DNA of 27,013 nucleotides from a virus (taxonomy: Duplodnaviria > Caudoviricetes): positions 1 through 27,013 of the IMG/VR virus record IMGVR_UViG_3300047386_000036; one strand, 5' to 3'. Below the pieces are notes generated by a model. That model was given only the letters and a program-made list of their open reading frames with translations. It had not been told where the DNA came from and did not search any database. The translations under genes and the position numbers were made by a program. Shown in pieces: positions 15,030 to 22,795 of the stretch. Each line of letters begins with the position of its first letter. Position 1 is the first letter of the stretch.

Positions 15030-15239
15030 ATGACGAAAGCTGATTTATTTTGTGAGTGGTCTGTTGACCAAGATTTTAAAAGAAACGAACATTTTGAACT
15101 TATTAAAAAGTTTGATTTAAATTGTGAAGTATTTAATACTTATTTAACTGAAGATTGTGATTGGTATGGTGAAAAAACTAATATTATTTTTAGTGATGGA
15201 AGTCAACTTGTTTTAAATTATAAAGGTGAAATAGAATGA
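15030..15239 (+). CDS. Hypothetical early protein
   Basis: 69 aa, AAGGAG RBS. Confidence 0.7.
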   Translation: MTKADLFCEWSVDQDFKRNEHFELIKKFDLNCEVFNTYLTEDCDWYGEKTNIIFSDGSQLVLNYKGEIE

Positions 15240-15442
15240 TAGTTTTTAATTACGAAAGCAAGAAAGAACTTAAAGAAAATATCGGCAAGCGTTTAGATTA
15301 CATTGAAACCAGCATGTTTGGTAATGAATATGTATCAAATGGTGTATTAACTGGAGCAAATAGACCTCACATTACTGGAAAAGGTAGAGAGTTTTTTGCA
15401 AATGTTACTATGAAAGATAATTTAATAGCGGCGGTCAAGTAA
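15236..15442 (+). CDS. Hypothetical early protein
   Basis: 68 aa, ATGA overlap; YESKKELKENIG.RL.YIETSMFG.EY motif. Confidence 0.75.
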   Translation: MIVFNYESKKELKENIGKRLDYIETSMFGNEYVSNGVLTGANRPHITGKGREFFANVTMKDNLIAAVK

Positions 15443-15474
15443 TATAAACTATAGTTATTTAATTGGAGAAAGGT

Positions 15475-15759
15475 ATGAAAGATTTAAATCCCATGATAAC
15501 ATTAAAAAATGGCACAACCTTGAGTGTTCAGGCTAGTGAGTTCCACTACTGCACACCTAAAACTGATGAGCCTAAGCACTGGGAAGATTATTATACGGTG
15601 GAAGTAGGTTTTATAACTGACAATACAGGACAGCAGGTCAATCCACCAGAATCTTGGAGGAATTATACAGATGGTGGTTTCCCATCTGATGTTTATGGTT
15701 TTGTTCCAGTAAAGTTAGTAAAAGATTTTATTAGTTTAAAAGGTGGTGAAGTAATATGA
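15475..15759 (+). CDS. Hypothetical phage protein (LSVQAS..HYC.P...VEVGF type)
   Basis: ATG at 15475 after GGAG; start revised from the ORF track. Confidence 0.75.
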   Translation: MKDLNPMITLKNGTTLSVQASEFHYCTPKTDEPKHWEDYYTVEVGFITDNTGQQVNPPESWRNYTDGGFPSDVYGFVPVKLVKDFISLKGGEVI

Positions 15760-15968
15760 AAAAGTTCACAAACTTACAAAAAGCACAACGGTATATCAAT
15801 GACTTAGGATACTTTGTTAATGAGAGACATTCACTTAAACAAGACAAGTCTTTTATATATCATCACAAGTTTTCTAAAAGCAAACATTTGTTTTTAAAAT
15901 CTGATTATACTTTTTTGAGTGCAGGTTCTATGGAAATGGGAACTGTGTGGACTATTCAAACTTTTTAA
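15756..15968 (+). CDS. Hypothetical early protein
   Basis: 70 aa, ATGA overlap. Confidence 0.65.
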   Translation: MKKFTNLQKAQRYINDLGYFVNERHSLKQDKSFIYHHKFSKSKHLFLKSDYTFLSAGSMEMGTVWTIQTF

Positions 15969-15982
15969 TTTAGTCTACAGTG

Positions 15983-16011
15983 TTGACACATGGCAAAGAA
16001 TCAACTAATAT
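15983..16011 (+). promoter_or_regulatory. Possible sigma70 promoter
   Basis: TTGACA-17 nt-TAATAT. Confidence 0.45.
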
Positions 16012-16037
16012 ATTTACACACAACAAAGGAGCAACAC

Positions 16038-16250
16038 ATGAAAACTACTTTTGAAAAACTAGAGCCCTGCGATTTAAAAGGAGATACAACAATGAGAGAA
16101 GATACTATAAACCAATTAGAAAACGAGATTATCTGCGAGGCACTTGAAGATTTTATCGACGCTATGCGAGAGGATGTCAACGCGACTAATGCGGAGATAC
16201 TTGAAAGCGTATTAAAAGAACTTGATTATAAATTAGGTTTTGTTGCATAA
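16038..16250 (+). CDS. Acidic hypothetical protein (two in-frame starts, 16038 and 16092)
   Basis: An AAGGAG RBS precedes both ATGs. Confidence 0.6.
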   Translation: MKTTFEKLEPCDLKGDTTMREDTINQLENEIICEALEDFIDAMREDVNATNAEILESVLKELDYKLGFVA

Positions 16251-16272
16251 CGGATAAAAATACGGAATTACT

Positions 16273-16340
16273 TTTTAAGATTATAAATATATCTTAAGAT
16301 TATAGAAATGCTTGACAGGGTGACGGAGATGCGGTACACT
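16273..16340 (+). promoter_or_regulatory. Early sigma70 promoter with a quasi-palindromic upstream element
   Basis: TTAAGAT-TATAAATAT-ATCTTAA, then TTGACA (16312)-17 nt-TACACT. Confidence 0.75.
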
Positions 16341-16383
16341 TCTCAGCGACAACAACGAATCATTAATCATAAAGGAGATAATT

Positions 16384-16497
16384 ATGGATGACAATGAATA
16401 TGATGAACTTATGAACTATCTTGAGTCTTTAGAGGCTTTAGAGGCTTTAGATGAGGCAGACAAAGAACTTGAAGAATCAATTAACCCAACAATTTAA
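16384..16497 (+). CDS. Very acidic 37-aa peptide
   Basis: AAGGAG RBS; MDDNEYDELMNYLESLEALEALDEADKELEESINPTI. Confidence 0.65.
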   Translation: MDDNEYDELMNYLESLEALEALDEADKELEESINPTI

Positions 16498-16506
16498 GAG
16501 ATAATT

Positions 16507-16701
16507 ATGGAAATTAATATTCACAGAGTCAGTAAGATTGAAGTTAAAAAGCGCAGTGATTTAGCTAATTTTTCTACAAGAGATATTGTAATTCATAGTA
16601 AAGAATATGATTTTGAAACAAGAAAATATATTGATAGAACACTAGAATTAAATTGTTTTCTTAATGATAAATCAGTTGCAAAGCTTGTTTATACAGACTA
16701 G
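16507..16701 (+). CDS. Hypothetical early protein
   Basis: 64 aa ORF in operon context. Confidence 0.65.
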   Translation: MEINIHRVSKIEVKKRSDLANFSTRDIVIHSKEYDFETRKYIDRTLELNCFLNDKSVAKLVYTD

Positions 16702-16768
16702 AATTTAAGCGTGGGTATCGCTTCAAAACTACCCAACTAATATTAACTTATATCATTGGAGATAGATT

Positions 16769-17188
16769 ATGAAAATTACATATTCAAAGAAAGGCAGTAA
16801 GACAACCACACCAATCAGTCAAGCACCATACTCAGTTAAAGCTGTATGGCACAGGGCTAACGATTTAGGTATTAACATTGTGAGAGTTCGTAGTGACAAA
16901 GAACGTTATGAAGTCACCAAGGGCGATACTTTTGTAGGTTGGCATGGTGGTAAAACATCGCTTTACAAGCAACGTCAGAACCCTCGTAAGCCATTGTTTT
17001 TTATGAGAAAAATTGCTTTAGGTCAAGAAAACAAGGGTATGCAAGTGCTTGAAATTTCTACTGACATGGATACACAACAAACTTTTGATGTGATAGATGA
17101 CTTTGAGTATAATACTTCTTTAAGTTTTTTCCAGAGATTGGTCATGAACTTTACCAGATTGATTACTGGTAGGCACTTGATATCCTAA
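16769..17188 (+). CDS. Hypothetical early protein
   Basis: 139 aa, GGAG RBS; flanked by two predicted pseudoknots. Confidence 0.75.
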   Translation: MKITYSKKGSKTTTPISQAPYSVKAVWHRANDLGINIVRVRSDKERYEVTKGDTFVGWHGGKTSLYKQRQNPRKPLFFMRKIALGQENKGMQVLEISTDMDTQQTFDVIDDFEYNTSLSFFQRLVMNFTRLITGRHLIS

Positions 17189-17238
17189 GTGTTAAGTGCT
17201 AGGTATCACTATAAAGTGCCTCTTTAATTTTAATAAGG

Positions 17239-17490
17239 ATGATTGCAATGGAAAAGAAAACACACGGTAGAATTTTAGTAGAGTTAGCAAACATTTGGAT
17301 TATAGAAGGGCGTGAAGATTTGTTTGATGATTTTGTTGAAGATGTATGTTCGGAGTATGACTTTTACAATGGTACTATGTCTGTAAAAGATTTAGCTTCA
17401 ATATGGTTGCAAAAGAAATTGTTTATTTCTAATCCTTTGTCAAGTAGAGATGTAGAAAGAATGGCAAAAGATTATGGAGAAACAGAATGA
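17239..17490 (+). CDS. Hypothetical protein
   Basis: About 83 aa; the start may be 17248. Confidence 0.65.
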   Translation: MIAMEKKTHGRILVELANIWIIEGREDLFDDFVEDVCSEYDFYNGTMSVKDLASIWLQKKLFISNPLSSRDVERMAKDYGETE

Positions 17491-17795
17491 AAGATAAAAT
17501 AGAAGAAATGTATCTTGATTATTTTAATAATTTTATTACTATAAGTTATTTTGCTGAATATTATGGAATAAGCACAAAAAAAGCAGAGAGAATTATTAAT
17601 ATTGGAAGGAGAATAAATCATTCAAGATGCAAGGATGTAGAACCTGTAATGCATATGCTCCATAATAGATTTTGTTTATCTTACAATCTTACTAATGACG
17701 AGTGGTGGGTTCAAGATAGATTTGAACACTTGGGAAGATACACACAATATTCAGATGCTTTAATTGCTATAGATAAAAGAATGAAAAATGTATAA
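17487..17795 (+). CDS. Hypothetical protein with an HTH-like N-terminus
   Basis: MYLDYFNNFITISYFAEYYGIS...A..II..GR motif; GGAG RBS; ATGA overlap. Confidence 0.7.
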   Translation: MKDKIEEMYLDYFNNFITISYFAEYYGISTKKAERIINIGRRINHSRCKDVEPVMHMLHNRFCLSYNLTNDEWWVQDRFEHLGRYTQYSDALIAIDKRMKNV

Positions 17796-17811
17796 ATTTT
17801 AGGAGATAGTT

Positions 17812-18522
17812 ATGAGTTATAGTTTATTGAGTTTTAGTAACCCAAAGATTTTAAAAGGTCGGGATGTATATTCAGAATACTTGAGTGCTATATTGCACTT
17901 GAGTCCAGTTAATACAAAAATATGTCCCTATCAGGATATTGCAGGTTGCAAGGAGGCTTGTCTTAATACAGCAGGACGTGGTGGTATTATAAAGAAGGGT
18001 GAAACCACTAATACCATACAACTAGCTAGAGAACGTAAGACTAAGTTGTTTTTAGAAGCTGGAGATATCTTCATGGACTACCTGATTACAGACATACAAA
18101 AGTTTGTAAGATACTGTAGTAAAAAAGATAAGCTTCCTTGCTTGAGACTCAATGGTACTAGTGACATACAATGGGAGCATATCAAGATTGACGGTAGGAA
18201 TATCTTTGAGATGTTCCCTGATGTACAGTTCTATGACTATACTAAAATACCTACAAGAAAGATTGAGCAGTACAAAAACTACCACTTGACATGGAGTTAT
18301 TCAGAAGCTAGTAGCAAATATGCACAATACTTTGATGCTATCAAATACAATATTGCTGTAGTCTTTCATGGTACAATGCCTATTTATTACAAGGGCAGAG
18401 AAGTTATTGATGGAGACAAGAGTGATATTAGATTTATGGACAAGCCCAATGTAGTTGTTGGACTTAAAGCAAAAGGCAAGGCACGACATGATAACTCTGG
18501 CTTTGTAATTCATACAGCATAG
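17812..18522 (+). CDS. Gp88-like phage protein (Cys-rich, putative Fe-S/radical-SAM-like)
   Basis: 236 aa with CP.....GC...CL..AGRG, RLNGTSDI, FYDYTK, NYHLT.S and DGD.SD.RF.D motifs. Confidence 0.75.
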   Translation: MSYSLLSFSNPKILKGRDVYSEYLSAILHLSPVNTKICPYQDIAGCKEACLNTAGRGGIIKKGETTNTIQLARERKTKLFLEAGDIFMDYLITDIQKFVRYCSKKDKLPCLRLNGTSDIQWEHIKIDGRNIFEMFPDVQFYDYTKIPTRKIEQYKNYHLTWSYSEASSKYAQYFDAIKYNIAVVFHGTMPIYYKGREVIDGDKSDIRFMDKPNVVVGLKAKGKARHDNSGFVIHTA

Positions 18523-18532
18523 GAGGTAGAGT

Positions 18533-18727
18533 ATGATTGAAATAATAATGTATATAATTTCCATTGGTGTTATAATAATTCTTATACAAGGTGCTTGGTT
18601 GACAATACAAGACTCAGAAAAATTACATGAAGAGTGCAAAAAAGTATCTAAAAAGAATCCAAAATTAACAAGACTACAAGTAAAAGTTTTAGCCCGATTA
18701 AATTTAAAGGAGAATTCAGATGAGTAG
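18533..18727 (+). CDS. Small membrane-anchored protein
   Basis: N-terminal hydrophobic stretch and basic tail; AGGAGG RBS. Confidence 0.7.
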   Translation: MIEIIMYIISIGVIIILIQGAWLTIQDSEKLHEECKKVSKKNPKLTRLQVKVLARLNLKENSDE

Positions 18728-19184
18728 AATGTTATGTAGTATTAGTGATGACCCATACAACGATTACAGTGATTACATTGAAGGTACTGGTGTTTATAAA
18801 GGTACTAAAGAAGTTGATGGTGCTGATATATTTAAGTGGACTCAAGACCAGACAGAAGCAAGTTTGTTTTTGACAGAGACTATGCTTAACAAATCTATTA
18901 TAGATGCAAACAAGAGTGTTATTATTTTGACAGGCATGATGGATTTAAGTTATGATAACATGGTGGCTGGGTACAAGCACATCTACCCTGCTATATTTGA
19001 AAACGGTGTAGAGTCTCAAGTAAATTTCTACAAGACTAAACGTGGTGATAAGCGTCTATCTGTTAAGAATTTAAAATCACAGGCTGAAGCAGGTATGGTT
19101 TTAAGACTTGTTGTAGACTGGAGTTGGGACATTACAGACTCAACAGGCAAACCATTGATTACATTACTATTGGAGGTAATATGA
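18720..19184 (+). CDS. Hypothetical protein, possible EcoRII-N/B3-like DNA-binding domain
   Basis: LTETMLNKSIIDAN ... FYKTKRGDKRLSVKNLK..A..G..L pattern. Confidence 0.55.
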   Translation: MSRMLCSISDDPYNDYSDYIEGTGVYKGTKEVDGADIFKWTQDQTEASLFLTETMLNKSIIDANKSVIILTGMMDLSYDNMVAGYKHIYPAIFENGVESQVNFYKTKRGDKRLSVKNLKSQAEAGMVLRLVVDWSWDITDSTGKPLITLLLEVI

Positions 19185-19525
19185 AAGGCATACTTATAAA
19201 CCCATTCGATGAGACAATTAAAGAAGTTGTATATACAGGTAATATTCAGGAGATATATGACTTGATTGATTGCAGAACTTTTGATATAGTTCGATTAAAC
19301 AATAGAGATGATATGTATATTGATGATGAGGGACTACTTATTGACAACAGATACTTTACTATTGGTAATAAAAATTATGCAGGTCGTGCTTTAATTATGT
19401 CTCATGATGATGAGGGAGATACTGTAGGCACAGAACTGACTGTACAAGACATAGAAAGTGTGGTACAATGGTTGCCTGAAGGACACAGAGAGACTCCTTA
19501 TATGGAGTTCAGAGCTTGGAATTAA
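19181..19525 (+). CDS. DUF3846-like protein
   Basis: ATG at 19181 after GGAGG; MKGILINP...IYDLIDC...MYIDDEGLL...AGRALI. Confidence 0.7.
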   Translation: MKGILINPFDETIKEVVYTGNIQEIYDLIDCRTFDIVRLNNRDDMYIDDEGLLIDNRYFTIGNKNYAGRALIMSHDDEGDTVGTELTVQDIESVVQWLPEGHRETPYMEFRAWN

Positions 19526-19528
19526 TAT

Positions 19529-19792
19529 ATGAATTCAAAACAAATTAAAAAACTTAGAAAGAAAGTCAGACCTATACAGGTTGAGTGGCTTCGTACCTTA
19601 TTGCCTGAAGACCAAGCAGAGTCTATTACTGTTGATACAGTTGAGGGACTACTCCCAGAGCAGACACATGCTTTTGGTCAAGGACAATTACACATGTCAT
19701 ACATGACAGACAAATGGATTATGAAATATCTCAAACAGTATCCAGACATTACAACTTTTGATGAACTAATAAAGGTATCTAAACATGGATGA
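19529..19792 (+). CDS. Hypothetical protein
   Basis: 87 aa, basic N-terminus MNSKQIKKLRK. Confidence 0.7.
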   Translation: MNSKQIKKLRKKVRPIQVEWLRTLLPEDQAESITVDTVEGLLPEQTHAFGQGQLHMSYMTDKWIMKYLKQYPDITTFDELIKVSKHG

Positions 19793-20048
19793 GTATATTG
19801 TTGAGGTCGTAATAGATAATCATAGAGAAACTATTAAAACTTATGCTACTTCAATCTATTCTGCTATTGATAGTTTAATTACTATGTCTATGATAGATGT
19901 TGTGCTTCACGTGACTTGTACTACCAACGGTAAGACATGGGATGTTGAGGGCATGGACATGAAAGCTATGAGAGAAATGAGAGCAGAGATAGATGAAGAA
20001 GCTTTGCTAGAATCCTTCAAAGATTTTGATAGCAACACAATACATTAA
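19785..20048 (+). CDS. Hypothetical protein
   Basis: 87 aa acidic ORF overlapping the previous stop. Confidence 0.65.
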   Translation: MDEYIVEVVIDNHRETIKTYATSIYSAIDSLITMSMIDVVLHVTCTTNGKTWDVEGMDMKAMREMRAEIDEEALLESFKDFDSNTIH

Positions 20049-20057
20049 GAGAATATT

Positions 20058-20267
20058 ATGGAAGATGGATTTATAAGATTAACAGAAGATGAGTACAGAT
20101 ATTTCTGCGATTGGATTGCTGTACACACACAAGAACTATATGAAAACAAAGTAGGCTATGAGGCACGATGGACTCTTGACCCTAAAGTTTTCTATGTAAA
20201 ATTATTGGATGAAAGCTTATATACTATAGATGAAATAATGCTTGACATTCGCAAAGAGATGGTGTAA
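20058..20267 (+). CDS. Hypothetical protein
   Basis: 69 aa acidic ORF. Confidence 0.65.
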   Translation: MEDGFIRLTEDEYRYFCDWIAVHTQELYENKVGYEARWTLDPKVFYVKLLDESLYTIDEIMLDIRKEMV

Positions 20268-20270
20268 CAT
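20242..20270 (+). promoter_or_regulatory. Sigma70 promoter for the replication module
   Basis: TTGACA-17 nt-TAACAT upstream of ssb. Confidence 0.7.
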
Positions 20271-20413
20271 GTGCAACATTACACTGAGCAACCAAAGAAC
20301 TTTAAGCCCTCTATCTCCAAATAATAAACTATTTGGTTTGGCTTCAGTCCACAACTCCGAGAGTAGTTGGCTCATTAACTCTCTTTTATTTAACTAACAT
20401 CATAGGAGGCAAT

Positions 20414-20827
20414 ATGATAATTGACGGAACGGCTTATTGGGCAAGCATCAAAACACCCAATACCACTTTTGAACCCATGTACACAGTCAACCTTGTGGTT
20501 GATGAGGCAACAGCTAATGACTTTGCATCACGTGGACATACTATTAAAGTAATGGACGAAGGTTCTGCTATAGTAATCAAGCGGAAAGTAAATGGTCCTA
20601 ATGGAATGGTTAGGTCTGCACCTAGATTGCTTGACCAAAATAAACAGGAAGTAAATCTTGCTGTGGGTAATGGCTCTAAGGTTAGAGTCCAGTGTAACGA
20701 ATACGCTTGGGAGTATGCAGGTAAGGCAGGAAAAAGTCTTGACCTACAGGCTGTCCAAATCGTAGACCTCATTGAATACAAAGCCGAAGATGGCTCTGAG
20801 TTCTTTGATGAAACAGAGGAGTTTTAA
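20414..20827 (+). CDS. ssb: Single-stranded DNA-binding protein (T7 gp2.5/DUF2815-like)
   Basis: ATG at 20414 after AGGAGG; VGNGSKVRV and LQAVQIVDLIEY motifs; acidic tail ending in Phe. Confidence 0.85.
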   Translation: MIIDGTAYWASIKTPNTTFEPMYTVNLVVDEATANDFASRGHTIKVMDEGSAIVIKRKVNGPNGMVRSAPRLLDQNKQEVNLAVGNGSKVRVQCNEYAWEYAGKAGKSLDLQAVQIVDLIEYKAEDGSEFFDETEEF

Positions 20828-20828
20828 T

Positions 20829-21080
20829 ATGATTGTTAGTATTAAAAATGATGATGGTGTTACATCTTATGATGTGACTAAAATTGAAGATGAGAATGCT
20901 AGGGCAAATGCTAATGTAATAATTAGTAAGGTGTCACAGTTAGAAGTCTTACTTGAAGCACTAAGTTTTACTAGTGCTACGCATAGAGGTAATCTTGAAA
21001 GCTTGCTTAAAGAAAACCCTGATGCTATGGTTGAGACAGAAGAAGGAGAGGTAGAAGATACTGAAACTGATTCTGAATAA
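20829..21080 (+). CDS. Hypothetical protein with an acidic tail
   Basis: ATG at 20829 after GAGGAG (MIVSIKNDD...). Confidence 0.7.
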   Translation: MIVSIKNDDGVTSYDVTKIEDENARANANVIISKVSQLEVLLEALSFTSATHRGNLESLLKENPDAMVETEEGEVEDTETDSE

Positions 21081-21087
21081 CTTTAAC

Positions 21088-21116
21088 AGGCTGGGTGTAA
21101 AAGCCTAGCCTTTTTT
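21088..21116 (+). terminator. Rho-independent terminator/attenuator before the primase gene
   Basis: AGGCTGGG-TGTAAAAG-CCTAGCCT followed by a T-run. Confidence 0.75.
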
Positions 21117-21130
21117 CTACTGGAGATAGA

Positions 21131-22795
21131 ATGATACAAGAACGAACCCAATTCATTAAACACAAATTACCCTGTCCTAAATGTTCAAGCAGTGATGCAG
21201 TCTCTCTCAATGAGAATGGTTCTGCTAAATGCTTTAGCTGTGATACTTTTTTTACAGACTATGACAACGAATCAACAGGCAAGGTAATTGAAATGACAAC
21301 AAAACCCAAGTCTGATAACACATTTCTTACATCTTATACTGGTGCTTACGGTTCACTAACCGACAGAGGTATCTCTGAAAAAACAGCAACCAAGTATGGT
21401 GTTAAGATTGTCAAGGACAGAAACAACAACGTAGTACAACACATCTATCCATTCTTTAATGGTAACGAGGTTGTTGGTACTAAGACACGATATGTAGAGA
21501 ACAAAAACTTTGCTTGCAATGGAACATTTGAAGGCACTGGTTTGTTCGGAGAACAACTACATGGTAATACAGGTGGTAAATATCTGACTATCACTGAAGG
21601 TGAGTGTGATGCTATGGCAGTAGATGAACTGTTCCAAGGTAAGTGGGCAGTGGTATCCGTCAAGCGTGGTGCGTCATCAGCAGTGAAAGATATACGTGAA
21701 AGCATAGAGTTTGTTGAATCCTTTGACAATGTAGTACTGTGCTTTGACAATGACAAGGCAGGTAAAGAAGCGGCAAAAGCTGTAGCTAAAATACTAAAGC
21801 CTAACAAAACTAGAATCATGTCGTTCCCTAACGGATTCAAAGATGCTAATGAGATGCTCAAGCAGAAGAAGTTTCAAGAGTTTACTCAAGCATGGTGGAA
21901 CGCCAAGACATATACACCTTCAGGTATCATGGAGCTATCATCTCAAAAAGGTGATTGGTTGCATCGAGAAGAGAAGGAGAGCATTGCATACCCTTGGGAA
22001 GGACTTAACAAGAAACTATATGGAATGCGTAAAGGAGAACTGGTCACACTTACAGGTGGTACAGGTCTTGGTAAGTCTAGTGTTACCAGAGAGTTGGAAC
22101 ATTGGCTTATTAAAAACACAGATGACAACGTAGGTATCGTAGCCCTTGAAGAGAATTGGTTACGTACTGCTGATGGTATTTTATCCATCGAGGCTAACGA
22201 TAGAATCTATCTGACAGAGAAGCGTAGAAACTATTCAGACGATGACCTTCTAGGTTTGTTTGATAAAGCTATTCCTTCTGGCAGAGTATTCATTCACTCA
22301 CATTTAGGAGCTACTGATATTGATGATATCTTTGCCAAGCTCAGATACATTATTGTAGGCTGTGAATGTAAATGGGTAATCGTTGACCACTTACATATGT
22401 TAGTCAATGTGTTACATGAAGGTGATGAGAGGCGTGGTATTGATATGCTTATGAATCGCTTGAGGTCTCTGGTAGAAGAGACAGGTGTTGGTATGATATT
22501 AGTATCACACTTACGGAGAGCCGCAGGAGATAAGGGACATGAGCAGGGTATTGAAGTATCCCTATCTCATCTCAAAGGTTCACAGGGTATTGCACAGTTA
22601 TCAGATTGTGTTATTGCACTGGAAAGAAATCAACAGGCAAGTAACCCTGAAGAAGCTAATCTTACTAAGGTTCGTGTACTAAAATCTAGGTACACTGGAG
22701 ACACAGGATTGGCTTGTGGTCTCCGATATAATTCAGATACTGGTAGATTGTTTGAAGTATCTGAGGAGGAAACATTTGACAATGAACAGTTCTAA
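21131..22795 (+). CDS. DNA primase-helicase (T7 gp4-like)
   Basis: Zn finger CPKC...CFSC, TOPRIM TEGECDA/FDND, Walker A GGTGLGKS, IVDHL, LVSHL and KSRYTG. Confidence 0.96.
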   Translation: MIQERTQFIKHKLPCPKCSSSDAVSLNENGSAKCFSCDTFFTDYDNESTGKVIEMTTKPKSDNTFLTSYTGAYGSLTDRGISEKTATKYGVKIVKDRNNNVVQHIYPFFNGNEVVGTKTRYVENKNFACNGTFEGTGLFGEQLHGNTGGKYLTITEGECDAMAVDELFQGKWAVVSVKRGASSAVKDIRESIEFVESFDNVVLCFDNDKAGKEAAKAVAKILKPNKTRIMSFPNGFKDANEMLKQKKFQEFTQAWWNAKTYTPSGIMELSSQKGDWLHREEKESIAYPWEGLNKKLYGMRKGELVTLTGGTGLGKSSVTRELEHWLIKNTDDNVGIVALEENWLRTADGILSIEANDRIYLTEKRRNYSDDDLLGLFDKAIPSGRVFIHSHLGATDIDDIFAKLRYIIVGCECKWVIVDHLHMLVNVLHEGDERRGIDMLMNRLRSLVEETGVGMILVSHLRRAAGDKGHEQGIEVSLSHLKGSQGIAQLSDCVIALERNQQASNPEEANLTKVRVLKSRYTGDTGLACGLRYNSDTGRLFEVSEEETFDNEQF

